This document shows, one piece after another, positions 29,645 to 40,549 of a stretch of DNA of 64,000 bases (position 1 is its first letter; every line of letters starts with the position of its first letter). The position numbers and the translations under genes were made by a program. The stretch comes from Patescibacteria group bacterium UBA6532 (GTDB lineage: Bacteria > Patescibacteriota > Minisyncoccia > Minisyncoccales > UBA6532): positions 5,805-69,804 of the forward strand of contig DJKW01000001.1 of NCBI GenBank assembly GCA_002434805.1. The letters run 5' to 3'. Under the pieces are notes generated by a model that saw only the letters and a program-made list of their open reading frames with translations, was not told the origin of the DNA and did no database searches.

Positions 29645-30784
29645 CTACTTTTTATTCCCTTGATTTAAATAATCAACGATGTATTGAGAAATTATTCTGC
29701 CAGCTTCTGGCTTGGAAAACTCTTTAGCTTTTTGAGACATCTTCTCTAACTCTTCAGGATTGGAAAATAGATATCTTAATTTTTCCAAAAAGAAATTTGG
29801 GGTTAAGTTCCCTTCTTCAATAACTATAGTAGCTTTTGCCCGAGAATAAGCATAGGCGTTTTTAACTTGGTGATTTTGGGCAGCTCCCAATAATGGCACT
29901 AAAATGCTTGGTTTTCCAAGAGCTGAGATCTCAAAGATGCTCCCTGATCCCGCCCGGCTCAAAATCAGACCGGAAGCCTCGTAAGCGTGCCTTAAATCAG
30001 TTTCCTTTAAAAAAGGAACTAAATGATAATATCTTTCCGATTTTTTAGTTAAAACCACTTTTGCTTCAGCTTTTACTCCTTTAAAGTTATTTTCTCCGCA
30101 CTGGTGAATTACTTCAAATTCTTTTAAAAACTCAGGCAATATATTTAAAATCATATCGTTGATTTTCTGAGCTCCCTGAGAACCCCCCAAGATTAAAATT
30201 ATTGGCTTTTCTCCGCTTAAATTAAATATTCTCTTTGCATCATCCTTTGATCCTTTTAAAACCGCTTTGCGGATGGGATTTCCAGTAATAATTATTTTTT
30301 TCACAGAAAAGTATTCTGTCTTGGGAAATGAAGTAAAGACTTTAGAAGCAAACTTGCTTAAAAACTTATTTGCCAGTCCCGGAGAAATATCAGATTCGTG
30401 AAGCAAGATAGGAACTTGTAAAATCCAGCCGGTAACAACAACAGGCAAGGAACCATAGCCTCCTTTGCTGAAAATTAGGTCAGGAGCTAAAAAGAAGATA
30501 TGAAAGAAAGACTGGAAAATTCCAATTGGAACCTTAAATAAGATATCAATGATATTTTCTAAAATGCTTTTTGGGGTAAGATACCTCCTGATCTTTCCCG
30601 CTAAAATTTCTTTGACTTTAATCCCCTCTTGGGAAAGTAAAATATTCCCAAATTCGTCTTTGGGGCCGATATAATAAAAGTCTAAGGATTTTTCTGATTG
30701 ATAAATCCTTCTTATCTCCCTGGCTACAGCTAATATTGGCAGAATGTGACCTCCGGTACCGCCGCCGGTAAAAAGTATTTTCAT
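29645..30784 (-). CDS. murG: MurG N-acetylglucosaminyltransferase
   Basis: TGGGTGGH, KGGYGS, GNPIR, GGSQGA, SRAGSG, NHQVKNA. Confidence 0.97.
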   Translation of the reverse strand: MKILFTGGGTGGHILPILAVAREIRRIYQSEKSLDFYYIGPKDEFGNILLSQEGIKVKEILAGKIRRYLTPKSILENIIDILFKVPIGIFQSFFHIFFLAPDLIFSKGGYGSLPVVVTGWILQVPILLHESDISPGLANKFLSKFASKVFTSFPKTEYFSVKKIIITGNPIRKAVLKGSKDDAKRIFNLSGEKPIILILGGSQGAQKINDMILNILPEFLKEFEVIHQCGENNFKGVKAEAKVVLTKKSERYYHLVPFLKETDLRHAYEASGLILSRAGSGSIFEISALGKPSILVPLLGAAQNHQVKNAYAYSRAKATIVIEEGNLTPNFFLEKLRYLFSNPEELEKMSQKAKEFSKPEAGRIISQYIVDYLNQGNKK

Positions 30785-31938
30785 ACGCTTTTTGATATAT
30801 TAAGTAATATTCCAACTCCAATCAACTCAGCTACTAAAGCTGACCCTCCGTAGCTTATAAAAGGAAGAGGGATTCCGGTTAAGGGTAATATTCCCACCAT
30901 GGCCCCAATATTAGTTAAAGCCTGAATGATAATCCAGCAGCTAACCCCCAAGGCTAAAAGCTTAGAAAATTTATCTTTAGCTCTTTTGGCAATCTCAATC
31001 CCCCGCCAAAAAAAGATTAAAAAAGCAATTATTAAAATAAGGCTGCCGATAAATCCAGTTTCTTCGACAAAGACAGCAAAGATAGCGTCTGACATTGGCT
31101 GGGGAAGAAAGCCTAATTTTTGAACTCCCATTCCCAATCCCAATCCAAATATTCCTCCAGATCCAATAGCGATTAAAGCCTGCTTTACCTGATATCCTAT
31201 TCCCATGGGATCAATATCGGGATTCAAGAAAACCAAGAGTCGGTTAATACGATAAGGGGCGATATTTACTAAAACAAACAAGGAAGCTAGGGATAAAGAA
31301 ACTATCAAGACGCTGTGAAAAATTGGTCCTCCAGCCGAAAAGTAAATCAAGATTGCTACTAAAGTAATTATTCCTAAAGTGCTAATATCCGGCTGGGCAA
31401 TTAAAAAAGAACCGATCACTCCAATTATTATTAAAAAAGGAATAAACCTGTCAGTGAGACCTAGGGTAAGATTGGAAAAGTTAAATCTCTTAACTTTGGT
31501 TCTCCAGGTTTTCTTTATATTAGAATTTGGAGTTAAATAGTCAACTCTGGAAAGCCAAGCTGCTAAATAAATAAAAAATGTTATTTTTAAAAACTCCGAT
31601 GGTTGAAAAGAAATAGGACCCAAAGAAATCCAACGTGAAGCCCCCCAAAAAGAACCTCCTAATGATGGCACAAAAACAAGAGCCATTAAAATTAAATTTA
31701 GAAAAAGTAAACGTGGTGCCCATTTTTTAAAATCAAATAAAGAAATCTTAAAAGCTAAAAAAGCCAAAATTATCCCAAGAATTAATCCGTATATTTGATG
31801 GGTTAAAAAATAGTACGGGGTGCCAAATCTGTCTAAAGAGGTTAAAGCCGAAGCGCTGGCTAAAGCTAAAATGCCTAAAACGATTAAAATAATTACGGCA
31901 CCTAAAAGAATATAGTCTGGATGATTATCTTTTGGCAT
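30781..31938 (-). CDS. ftsW: FtsW SEDS peptidoglycan polymerase
   Basis: [19 protein letters not shown]...[21 protein letters not shown]; likely start MPKDN at 31938. Confidence 0.95.
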   Translation of the reverse strand: MPKDNHPDYILLGAVIILIVLGILALASASALTSLDRFGTPYYFLTHQIYGLILGIILAFLAFKISLFDFKKWAPRLLFLNLILMALVFVPSLGGSFWGASRWISLGPISFQPSEFLKITFFIYLAAWLSRVDYLTPNSNIKKTWRTKVKRFNFSNLTLGLTDRFIPFLIIIGVIGSFLIAQPDISTLGIITLVAILIYFSAGGPIFHSVLIVSLSLASLFVLVNIAPYRINRLLVFLNPDIDPMGIGYQVKQALIAIGSGGIFGLGLGMGVQKLGFLPQPMSDAIFAVFVEETGFIGSLILIIAFLIFFWRGIEIAKRAKDKFSKLLALGVSCWIIIQALTNIGAMVGILPLTGIPLPFISYGGSALVAELIGVGILLNISKSV

Positions 31939-33148
31939 ATTTTTTAACAAACTTTTTAAATAAATTTCCTCTTTCTTTATAGTCCTTAAAGATGCCAAAA
32001 GATGGCGAGGCTGATGAAAGAAGGCAAATTTTCCCTTTCAAAGTATATTCATAACCCAGCTTAACAGCATCTGACATATTATTTACGAAAAAATGCTTTG
32101 GCGCTTTAATCTTTTTCTTCTTTGCCAAAGAAACAATCTCTCGCCAGATTCTCTGGCCGGTGGTCGGAAATAAAATAACTGTTTTTATCTTGCTATCAAG
32201 GATCGTTCTGGCTAACTGGCTAAAATCATAATGCCTTTCAAATCCGCCCGTAATTATAGTCTGAACATTCTCCCCTAAAGCTTCAATAGCCAAAATAGAA
32301 GCTTTTGGAATAGTGGCTAAAGAATCGTTATAAAACTTTATTCTCTTGAATTCTCCTGCAAATTCCAAGCGGTGGGGCAAACCCTTAAAACCTTTTAATG
32401 TCCTCTTAATAATTTTCTCTGGGGTTTTAAATATCCTGGCTACAGCTTTAGCAGCCTCAAAATCAGCTTCATAAAATCTGCCCTGGAATCTGACTTTTTT
32501 AGCTAAAGAATCCTTGGCTATCTTTAAAACAATCTTGTCTTCAGCATTAAAAACCAGATAGTCTTTTTTTGTTTGAAACTTAGTTATATTAGCCTTGGCC
32601 TTAATATAATCTTTAAAGCTGGAGTAATAATCAAGGTGCTCTCTATAGATATTCAAAAGAACAGCAATATGAGGACTTTTCTTAAGACCTGCTAACTGAT
32701 GACTGGAAAGTTCGTAAACATAAATATCCTTTTTAGTGGCAGAAGGTAAAAATTGCAATACTGGTTTTCCAATGTTTCCTACCAAATAAACCTTCTTTCC
32801 CCAATTCTTTAATATTTGGTAGATCAAAGAACTGGTAGTGCTTTTTCCTTTAGTACCGGTAATGCCAATAATTTTCCCGGGACAATTTTCAAAAAAAATC
32901 TCGGTTTGAGAAGTAACTGTCTGGCCTTTCTTTAAAAAAGGCTTAATTACTTTTGTGGGAATGCCGGGTGACTTAATTATAATATCATAATTCTTAAGAG
33001 ATTTAAGATAATCCTTTTTTATATCCTTATCCCCTACTCCAAAGGCCTTTTTTGGAAATATCTTTTTTAAAAATTTAATGGTATCTTTGCCCTCTCTCTT
33101 AAATCCGAGTATTAATATTTTTTTCTTTTCTAAATCTTTTAACTTCAT
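31925..33148 (-). CDS. murD: MurD-family ligase (probably MurD2, L-Glu adding)
   Basis: [41 protein letters not shown]; next to murL. Confidence 0.9.
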   Translation of the reverse strand: MKLKDLEKKKILILGFKREGKDTIKFLKKIFPKKAFGVGDKDIKKDYLKSLKNYDIIIKSPGIPTKVIKPFLKKGQTVTSQTEIFFENCPGKIIGITGTKGKSTTSSLIYQILKNWGKKVYLVGNIGKPVLQFLPSATKKDIYVYELSSHQLAGLKKSPHIAVLLNIYREHLDYYSSFKDYIKAKANITKFQTKKDYLVFNAEDKIVLKIAKDSLAKKVRFQGRFYEADFEAAKAVARIFKTPEKIIKRTLKGFKGLPHRLEFAGEFKRIKFYNDSLATIPKASILAIEALGENVQTIITGGFERHYDFSQLARTILDSKIKTVILFPTTGQRIWREIVSLAKKKKIKAPKHFFVNNMSDAVKLGYEYTLKGKICLLSSASPSFGIFKDYKERGNLFKKFVKKYAKR

Positions 33149-33512
33149 TATATCTTAAAAATAACATAAATTGAGTTAAAAATAAATAATGGCGAGATAA
33201 TCTCGCCGTAAATAAAAAAGCTCCTACTCTTAAGCTCTAAAATCTAATTCTGAACCTAAGAGTAAGAGAGGAAGAAAATACAAGATTTTCTTCCTTTCCC
33301 TTATTTCCACTGCCGAGCAATGGATGGACGCAAGCTGGAAATTTGAAACAATCAGTATCAATAATCTTATATGTCTTGTTTTATACTAATGCCAGTATCC
33401 GCTCTGATTCTTTTAGTAAAGAACTGTTTACGTCCAGAGAAATATTGTTATTTAACCATAGCTCTCTGGAAGCAAACAATATTTTATTTTTAATCTACTT
33501 TCTTCTACATTC

Positions 33513-34931
33513 TTATTGTAGCATACCTATATAATTTGTCAAGTATTTTAGGTCTTTTTTAAACCTAACGGGCAAATTGTGTTGATTATTCCAGGACTTC
33601 ATTGTTCTTTGAGACTCTTTCTTTAAATTAAGATGCTTTGGCAATATCTTTTTTTCAAAATACTTTAATAGAAATGGTAATTCATTCAATTTACTGGCTT
33701 TTTCCCAGCTTAAATAAAAAGCTACTAAGCTTTCTTTTTTTGTTCCAACGCATTCAAAAGGTTTAAATTTTCTTTCTCCAATTAACTCTTTCATAATTAC
33801 TAAAAGTTCTTTTTTAGTAAAAAGGTTCTTTTTAAAAATCCTGATTAGATCTCTTTGTTTTAAAAATGGATAGAGCACGGCAAAGACAAAAAGACACTTT
33901 GGACATTTGCCGCACCACCCTTTAATAGGCTTCTTTCTGCCTGAATTTGTTTTATGGGCTTCGTTACAGCTCAGAAAAGAAAAGAAATATTTTGGGTATT
34001 TTGAAAACAATTTAGCTATTTGAATTTCATATAAAGGCCTTAAAAAGCTAAAATATTCCACTTCTTTTGCCAAATACTTTTTAGAATATTTTCTGAATAA
34101 ATTTTCAAACTGGAAGCTTTTTGACCACTGATGGTTAATATTTCTCCCTAAATACTTTAGATTTCCTTCGTTTGAACTTCTCTCATTAGAGAAGGCAATA
34201 AACTTATGATCGAAAATTAAAGCGAGCAAAACGCTCAAAAAAGCCAAATAGGCGGAAAACGGGGTGTGGCCGTTTAAATATCCCTTTTGGTTTAATTTAA
34301 GCAAATTCTTATCGATTCTGCGCTCCACTATTATGGGATTTTGGCAATGAGCAGCCTTCATTATCTTTTTTGAAGCTAAAGTAGGATTTAGAGAAAAACA
34401 ATTAATATTTCTTTTTAAAATTTCCATAGTTATTACCGAATCTTTCCCTCCGCCCACCGGAACCAAGACTTTACTTGTTTTAAGCTTTCCTCGGTACTGC
34501 TCTCTTCTTTCAGCTCCTTTAAAATCATTTGAAATTTTCAAAAAATTAGGGTCAGTAAAGTTAATATTATTCTCGTAAAAAAACTGGCCCATTCCATTAA
34601 AGATTAAATCCTTCCACCACTTAATCTGCTCTTTATTTAAATATCCGGCCTTAATAATGATTTCTGGAGAACTGGCTGCTTTCCAATAGGAAAGAACTTC
34701 TATTAACCCTATATGAAAAACTAAATTATTTAATACCCTATCCCCTATTAAAGCCAGCCTTTTCTTGTCAATTCCCTTAATGGTTATTTCTGGAGAAAAA
34801 ATAATATCAGGTTCAATCTTAAACTGAAAAAACATCTTAAAATTATTATTTAAGATGTTGTAAGAATATTTTTCGTAAACGAATTTAGGATGCTTTTCCC
34901 TTAAATTTTTAACTCTGTTATTGGTTTTCAT
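33513..34931 (-). CDS. murL: MurL UDP-MurNAc-L-Ala-L-Glu epimerase
   Basis: GGGKDS, NGHTP, SNERSSNEGN, NHQWSKS, SCN, WCGKCPKC, KPFECVG. Confidence 0.8.
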   Translation of the reverse strand: MKTNNRVKNLREKHPKFVYEKYSYNILNNNFKMFFQFKIEPDIIFSPEITIKGIDKKRLALIGDRVLNNLVFHIGLIEVLSYWKAASSPEIIIKAGYLNKEQIKWWKDLIFNGMGQFFYENNINFTDPNFLKISNDFKGAERREQYRGKLKTSKVLVPVGGGKDSVITMEILKRNINCFSLNPTLASKKIMKAAHCQNPIIVERRIDKNLLKLNQKGYLNGHTPFSAYLAFLSVLLALIFDHKFIAFSNERSSNEGNLKYLGRNINHQWSKSFQFENLFRKYSKKYLAKEVEYFSFLRPLYEIQIAKLFSKYPKYFFSFLSCNEAHKTNSGRKKPIKGWCGKCPKCLFVFAVLYPFLKQRDLIRIFKKNLFTKKELLVIMKELIGERKFKPFECVGTKKESLVAFYLSWEKASKLNELPFLLKYFEKKILPKHLNLKKESQRTMKSWNNQHNLPVRFKKDLKYLTNYIGMLQ

Positions 34932-34967
34932 TTACTTAAGTCAGTTTAGTATAACAGAATTTCCCTG

Positions 34968-36035
34968 CTAACCCAATAACCTTATACCAACTCCTATAAC
35001 AGCTGCTACGACGCCGATAATCCAAAATCTCATGGTTACCTTGTAATGAGGCCAGCCCTTAGCTTCAAAGTGCAAATGAATAGGGGCAGCTAAAAAGATC
35101 TTCTTTTTAGCAAATCTTTTAGAAAGAAGCTGTAAAATTACTGACCCCGATTCTATAACCAATAATAAGGCAATAATCGGTAAAACCAAAACCGAATCGG
35201 TTAAGAAAGCAACTACGGTAAGAGCCGCAGTTAAGCCCATAATTCCCGTTTCTCCCATATAGAATCTGGCCGGAGGAATGTTAAACCAAAGAAAAGCCAA
35301 TATTGCTCCCACTATGACGGCGCAAAAAGCAGCTATATCAAATTGGCCCAGGGCCAAGGCAATGGCAGTAAAAGCTCCGAAGATAACCGCAAAAGAACCT
35401 CCAGCCAAACCATCCAAGCCATCAATCACCCCGCCAGAATAAGTTGCCATCATTACCAGGACAAAAAAAGGCAGATACCAAATACCAATTTCAAAATTAC
35501 CTATTCCTGGAACATAAATGTATGACCAGCCTAGCTTGTAAAAAAACCACCAAGCGCCGATAATCCCCAAGGCAGCAATCAACAAAAGCCGGTATTTCAA
35601 ACTCAAGCCGCCTCCAATATATTTTCCTTTACCAATAACTTGCAAAATGTCGTCTGACAAACCGACAAGGGATGCTGTTACTAAAGCAAAAAGAGGAAGC
35701 CAAGTTTGAGAACGGCTGAGAAAATTAAGCTTTTGAAAAATCCAAATATCAGTTCCAGATAATAAATAAAATACAAAGGCAAATATTAAGGGGATTGTCC
35801 AGATTAATATCCCCCCAAAACGAGGAATATTAGTTTCTCCTTTAGAATGGAATTTTTGAAAAATTGGGGTTCCTCCCCCGTCAATTGCTACCTTTCTCAC
35901 CTCTTTGCGCCAAAGCTTGTATTTATAAAGGAAATGAGTTAAAAACGGGGCTGTTAAAAAAGCTAAAATAAAGCCTCCAGTTCCCAGGGTAAAAATCTTA
36001 ATAATATTAATTGTGCTTTCAGGGCTAATATACAT
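34968..36035 (-). CDS. mraY: Phospho-N-acetylmuramoyl-pentapeptide transferase
   Basis: PRFGG, GLSDD, DGLDGL, WFNIPPARFYMGETG, APIHLHFE. Confidence 0.95.
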   Translation of the reverse strand: MYISPESTINIIKIFTLGTGGFILAFLTAPFLTHFLYKYKLWRKEVRKVAIDGGGTPIFQKFHSKGETNIPRFGGILIWTIPLIFAFVFYLLSGTDIWIFQKLNFLSRSQTWLPLFALVTASLVGLSDDILQVIGKGKYIGGGLSLKYRLLLIAALGIIGAWWFFYKLGWSYIYVPGIGNFEIGIWYLPFFVLVMMATYSGGVIDGLDGLAGGSFAVIFGAFTAIALALGQFDIAAFCAVIVGAILAFLWFNIPPARFYMGETGIMGLTAALTVVAFLTDSVLVLPIIALLLVIESGSVILQLLSKRFAKKKIFLAAPIHLHFEAKGWPHYKVTMRFWIIGVVAAVIGVGIRLLG

Positions 36036-36037
36036 AA

Positions 36038-37021
36038 TTACCATTTATAGGCTTTGGGAAGCCAGTTTATTAATTCTTTCATGTCTTTAAAGCGGTCTTC
36101 AGAACCCAAAATAACATTTACGAGATAACCCTTGCCTTTTGGCGCCTCTAAAATTAAAATAAGGCATCCTTGGGCTTCAGGAGTCCAGCCTGTCTTACCG
36201 CCAATGATTCTTGAAACCCAAGGCTCATCTGCCGTTAAAAGCTCATTGGTATTAATAAGCTTGTGGTGAAAAACGCCGTCTGAATCATAAAGGTCATATT
36301 CTTTTTTAGAAAGAATCTCCCAAATTAAAGGATAATCAAAAAGATTATCAACTAGTTTTACTAAATCTTTAGCAGTAGAGTAATTTATTGGATCTTCCAA
36401 GTCGTCTGGATCAAGACCGGTAGAATTTACAAAAAAAGTGTCTTTGAGGCCGAATACATTGGCTTTTAGATTCATCCAGCCAAAAAAATTATCCTCTCCC
36501 ACTAATTGAGATATGGCAAAAGCAGCATCATTGCTAGACTCTATTAAAAAAAGGTAAAGAAGATTTCTAATACTAAGTCTTTCCCCGATTCTCAGATTTC
36601 CGAAATCACCTTCTTCTTCTACTGCTTCTTTGCTTATCTCCACAACTTGATCTAAATCATAATTTTCCAAAACAAGATAGGCTGTCATCAGCTTGGTTAA
36701 AGAGGCAATGGGCAGTTTTCTCTCGCTCTCTTTATCAAAAAGAACTCTGCCTTCTTTCTGAGAACTGGTAAATAAGACAGAAATTATTGTCTTGGCTGAA
36801 AGTTCGAGTTCTTCTATTCTATGATCTCTTATTGGCTTTAAATCCCGTAATTCTTTTTCTAAAACAATGGTTTGAGCTTGGGCGGATAAAACTTCAGGGT
36901 TTTCTGCCATTTCCCGCCAAAATAAAAAATGCTCGAGATTGCTTTCTAAAATATTGATTCCCTGCCAAAGAGGAATAGCTACTAATAAAGCAGCTAAAAA
37001 AATTATTATTCTTTTCTTCAT
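36038..37021 (-). CDS. D-alanyl-D-alanine carboxypeptidase (S11)
   Basis: PIASLTKLMT (SxxK), SSNDAA (SxN), GKTGW. Confidence 0.93.
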   Translation of the reverse strand: MKKRIIIFLAALLVAIPLWQGINILESNLEHFLFWREMAENPEVLSAQAQTIVLEKELRDLKPIRDHRIEELELSAKTIISVLFTSSQKEGRVLFDKESERKLPIASLTKLMTAYLVLENYDLDQVVEISKEAVEEEGDFGNLRIGERLSIRNLLYLFLIESSNDAAFAISQLVGEDNFFGWMNLKANVFGLKDTFFVNSTGLDPDDLEDPINYSTAKDLVKLVDNLFDYPLIWEILSKKEYDLYDSDGVFHHKLINTNELLTADEPWVSRIIGGKTGWTPEAQGCLILILEAPKGKGYLVNVILGSEDRFKDMKELINWLPKAYKW

Positions 37022-38424
37022 CTTTTTCTTTTCTTTGGCTTAACAATCTTAAGGTATAACTCTTTTAACTGCTCTTCACTTACTTCATCAGGGCTATTCA
37101 TCATTAAATCCTGGTTGTCTCCTGTCTTTGGAAAAGCCATCACTTCTCTAATATTGGGTTCATTGAGAATTACAGCCATAAATCTATCAATCCCTGGAGC
37201 TATTCCTCCATGAGGAGGAACCCCGTAGTCAAAAGCTCTTAAAATGTGACCGAATTTTTCTCTTACCTCTTTCTTTTTGTGTCCCATTACCACGAAAACT
37301 TCTTCTAATATTTCTGGTTTATAGCTTCTTAAGCTCCCGCCGCCAACCTCATGGCCATTCAAGACAAAGTCATATTGATGGGCTAAAACTTTTCCCGGGT
37401 TCTTTTTCAGTTCTTTAATGTCTTTAATTTTTGGACGGGTAAATGGATGATGGACAGTATCCCATCTCTTTTCTTCTTTCCGCCATTCAAACATGGGAAA
37501 GTCAACGATAAAAGCAAAAGCCAGCTCATCTGGATTTTTTTTATCCCTTCTTAAATCGGGCTTATCGGTCTTATATCTTTTCATTGCCTCTTTATATGAA
37601 ATTCTCGGAAAAGGAATTTTGGAAATTCTCTTTTCCGGAAGGAGCTTTCTAACTAACTGAATAAAAAGGCGCTCTATTAAATCCAATATTTCTCCTTGGT
37701 CCATAAAAGACATTTCCAAATCCAGCTGGCTGAATTCAGCTTGGCGGTCAGCCCTTGGATCCTCATCTCTAAAACAGCGGGCTATCTGAAAATACTTTTC
37801 AATGCCGGCAACCTGTAAAAGCTGCTTGTACTGCTGGGGGCTTTGAGGAAGAGCGTAAAATTTTCCCGGATAAGTTCTTGAAGGAACCAAGAAATCTCTT
37901 GCTCCTTCAGGAGTAGATTTGGTTAAAATCGGGGTCTCTACCTCAATAAAGCCTTCTATTTCCAAAAATCCTCTCATAAACTGGATAACCTTTTGCCGGG
38001 CAATTAAATTTTTTCTCAACCTTTCTCTCCTTAAATCCAAATAACGATACCTCAATCTCTTCTCTTCTGTTATTTCATATCCTGAAGTATCAATAGCAAA
38101 AGGAAGAGTTTTCGCTTCAGATAAAACTTCTAAATCCTTAACAGAAATCTCTATCTTCCCGGTTTCAACTTTTGGATTAACCATTCCTTTTGGCCTTTCT
38201 TTTACCTGGCCTTGGACTGAAATTATCCACTCTGGCCTGATGGTTTGGGCCAGCTTATATATTTTCTCTTCTTTCGGGGTAAAAACCAGCTGGAGGACCG
38301 CACTTTTATCTCTTAAATCAACAAAGATAATTTTACCGTGCGATCTTAGAGATCCGACCCAGCCGGAAACCTTAACCTCTTTTCCAATATATTTCAGAGT
38401 GTTGATATTTTCTACTCTTTTCAT
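37018..38424 (-). CDS. aspS: Aspartyl-tRNA synthetase (short, lacks GAD insert; possibly non-discriminating)
   Basis: RLRYRYLDLRR, TPEGARDF, LPQSPQQYKQ, CFRDED, PPHGGIAPGIDR. Confidence 0.96.
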   Translation of the reverse strand: MKRVENINTLKYIGKEVKVSGWVGSLRSHGKIIFVDLRDKSAVLQLVFTPKEEKIYKLAQTIRPEWIISVQGQVKERPKGMVNPKVETGKIEISVKDLEVLSEAKTLPFAIDTSGYEITEEKRLRYRYLDLRRERLRKNLIARQKVIQFMRGFLEIEGFIEVETPILTKSTPEGARDFLVPSRTYPGKFYALPQSPQQYKQLLQVAGIEKYFQIARCFRDEDPRADRQAEFSQLDLEMSFMDQGEILDLIERLFIQLVRKLLPEKRISKIPFPRISYKEAMKRYKTDKPDLRRDKKNPDELAFAFIVDFPMFEWRKEEKRWDTVHHPFTRPKIKDIKELKKNPGKVLAHQYDFVLNGHEVGGGSLRSYKPEILEEVFVVMGHKKKEVREKFGHILRAFDYGVPPHGGIAPGIDRFMAVILNEPNIREVMAFPKTGDNQDLMMNSPDEVSEEQLKELYLKIVKPKKRKR

Positions 38425-38432
38425 AATTTTGA

Positions 38433-39665
38433 TTATATGGTTTCTTCAATTTCTAATAACTTATTATACTTTACCACTCTTTCTCCGCGAGCCACGGTTC
38501 CTGACTTAATAAACTCAGCTTCAATGCCCACGGCAAAATCTGCAATAAAGTTATCGCAGGTTTCACCCGATCTATGAGAAACTATTATCTTCCAGTCAAA
38601 ATCTTTAGCCATCTTAACTGCCTCCATTGCTTCAGTAACCGTTCCAATTTGATTAATCTTTATAATAACGGCGTTAGCGGCCTTCTTTTCTTGGGCTTCT
38701 TTTATTTTTTTGGAATTAGTAACCAAGAGGTCGTCTCCAATAACCATAATCTTTTTTCCAAATTTCTTTGTAATTTCCTCAAACCCTTCCCAATCTTCTT
38801 CTGAAAAAGGATCTTCTAATCCTAAGATTGGATATTTTCCAATCAAGTCTGAATAATAATCAAGCAAGCTTTTTCTTGTTAATTCTTTTGATTCAAGCTG
38901 GTATTTTCCTTTCCGATAAAACTGGGAAGCGGCGCAGTCTAAAATAAATTTTATCTTTCCTTCATAGCCGGCCTCTTTGACTGCTTTTTCAATTAAATCA
39001 AGGGCTTCTTTAGAGCTCTTAAGAGGCGGGGCAAAACCGCCTTCGTCTCCCACGTTAACGGCTAAATCAGAGTATTTTTTTATAATAACCTGCCTGAGCT
39101 GATGATAAACTTCTGTTCCAGCTCTTAAACAATCTTTAAAACTAGAAAGCTCTGGAACTATCATGAACTCTTGAATGTCTAAATCATTTCCGGCATGAAT
39201 CCCCCCGTTTATTACATTAAAGCAGGGCTTTGGTATAATGCCCTTTTTGCCTGAAATTTCAGCTAAGTGCTGATAAAGAGGCATTCCTTTAGCCGTAGCT
39301 CCAGCTTTGGCCACAGCTATAGAAACCGGAACAATAGCGTTGGCTCCCAGTTTTGACTTATTTTTAGTTCCGTCCAATTCTATCAGTAATTTGTCTATTT
39401 CTTTCTGGTTGATTGGATCTTGCCCTATTAACTTAGGAGCAATAACCTTATTAACGTTTTCCACTGCTTTTAAAACACCTTTACCATGGTATCTCTTCCC
39501 CCCATCCCTTAATTCTACAGCTTCATATTTACCCATAGAGGAACCCGATGGAGCTGCGCCAAAGAATGATCCCTGATTTGTAATTAAATAAACCCCAACA
39601 GTGGGATCCCCTCTGGAATCTAAAATTTCCCGTGCTTTTATGGATTTAATTCCAGCATCTTTCAT
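38433..39665 (-). CDS. eno: Enolase
   Basis: EILDSRG, GANAI, NVGDEGGFAP, GDDL, SHRSGET. Confidence 0.97.
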   Translation of the reverse strand: MKDAGIKSIKAREILDSRGDPTVGVYLITNQGSFFGAAPSGSSMGKYEAVELRDGGKRYHGKGVLKAVENVNKVIAPKLIGQDPINQKEIDKLLIELDGTKNKSKLGANAIVPVSIAVAKAGATAKGMPLYQHLAEISGKKGIIPKPCFNVINGGIHAGNDLDIQEFMIVPELSSFKDCLRAGTEVYHQLRQVIIKKYSDLAVNVGDEGGFAPPLKSSKEALDLIEKAVKEAGYEGKIKFILDCAASQFYRKGKYQLESKELTRKSLLDYYSDLIGKYPILGLEDPFSEEDWEGFEEITKKFGKKIMVIGDDLLVTNSKKIKEAQEKKAANAVIIKINQIGTVTEAMEAVKMAKDFDWKIIVSHRSGETCDNFIADFAVGIEAEFIKSGTVARGERVVKYNKLLEIEETI

Positions 39666-40549
39666 TGATTTATTTCCTCTAAAAACTTTTTAAGCTCGGG
39701 TCCGAACTTAGGATGATTTAAAGAAAAGTAAAGATTGGTTTTTAGCCAGCGAAGCTTGTCTCCGCAATCAAGCCATCTCCCTTCAACTTCGTATCCGTAA
39801 ATCATTTTACCGTCTTTCACCATTTGCTTGAATGTATTAGCTAGAACTATTTCTCCTTTTTGGCTGGCCGGGGTTTTTTTAAGATAATCAAAAACTTCAG
39901 GAGTTATAATATATCTTCCCAAAACAGCTAAATCAGAGGGGGCTGTATCAATAGATGGTTTTTCAATAATATTTTTAATTTTATGCAGCCTGGAAGCAAT
40001 TTTTTCAGTATCTACCACCCCATACTGAAAGAGTTCTTTTTTAGGTAATTTCTTTAAAGCAAGAATCGGCTTTTGACAGGTTTTAAAAACTGAAAGAAGC
40101 TGGGAAAGGCAGGGAATTTTTGAATCAACTAAATCATCACAAAAAAAGACTGCACAGGGTTCTTCTCCTATCAGTTTTTTCGCTTGTAAAATAGCGTGGC
40201 CGTCGCCCAAAGGTTCTTTCTGGATAACATAAGTAAAGGAAAGCTTCTCTGAGAGTTCTTTTAAATTTTTAAGTTCATCTAAAAGATATTCTTTATCTCG
40301 GCTTTTTAAAATCTTCTCCAGTTTTGGTGCATTTTCAAAGTAATCTACAATCTCATGGTTCTTTTTAGCCGGACGGGTGACAAAAATAATCTCTTCAATA
40401 CCAGCAGCTATAGCTTCCTCAAGAAGATACTGGATAATAGGTCTATCAGCTAAGGGCAAAAGTTCTTTGGGAAAGGCCTTAGAAAGCGGTAAAAATCTGG
40501 TACCCAAACCAGCAATTGGAATAATGGCTTTTCTAATTTTTGTTATCAT
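39662..40549 (-). CDS. galU: UTP--glucose-1-phosphate uridylyltransferase
   Basis: AGLGTRFLP, PKELLP, QKEPLGDGHA, IEKP, DCGDK. Confidence 0.93.
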   Translation of the reverse strand: MITKIRKAIIPIAGLGTRFLPLSKAFPKELLPLADRPIIQYLLEEAIAAGIEEIIFVTRPAKKNHEIVDYFENAPKLEKILKSRDKEYLLDELKNLKELSEKLSFTYVIQKEPLGDGHAILQAKKLIGEEPCAVFFCDDLVDSKIPCLSQLLSVFKTCQKPILALKKLPKKELFQYGVVDTEKIASRLHKIKNIIEKPSIDTAPSDLAVLGRYIITPEVFDYLKKTPASQKGEIVLANTFKQMVKDGKMIYGYEVEGRWLDCGDKLRWLKTNLYFSLNHPKFGPELKKFLEEINQ

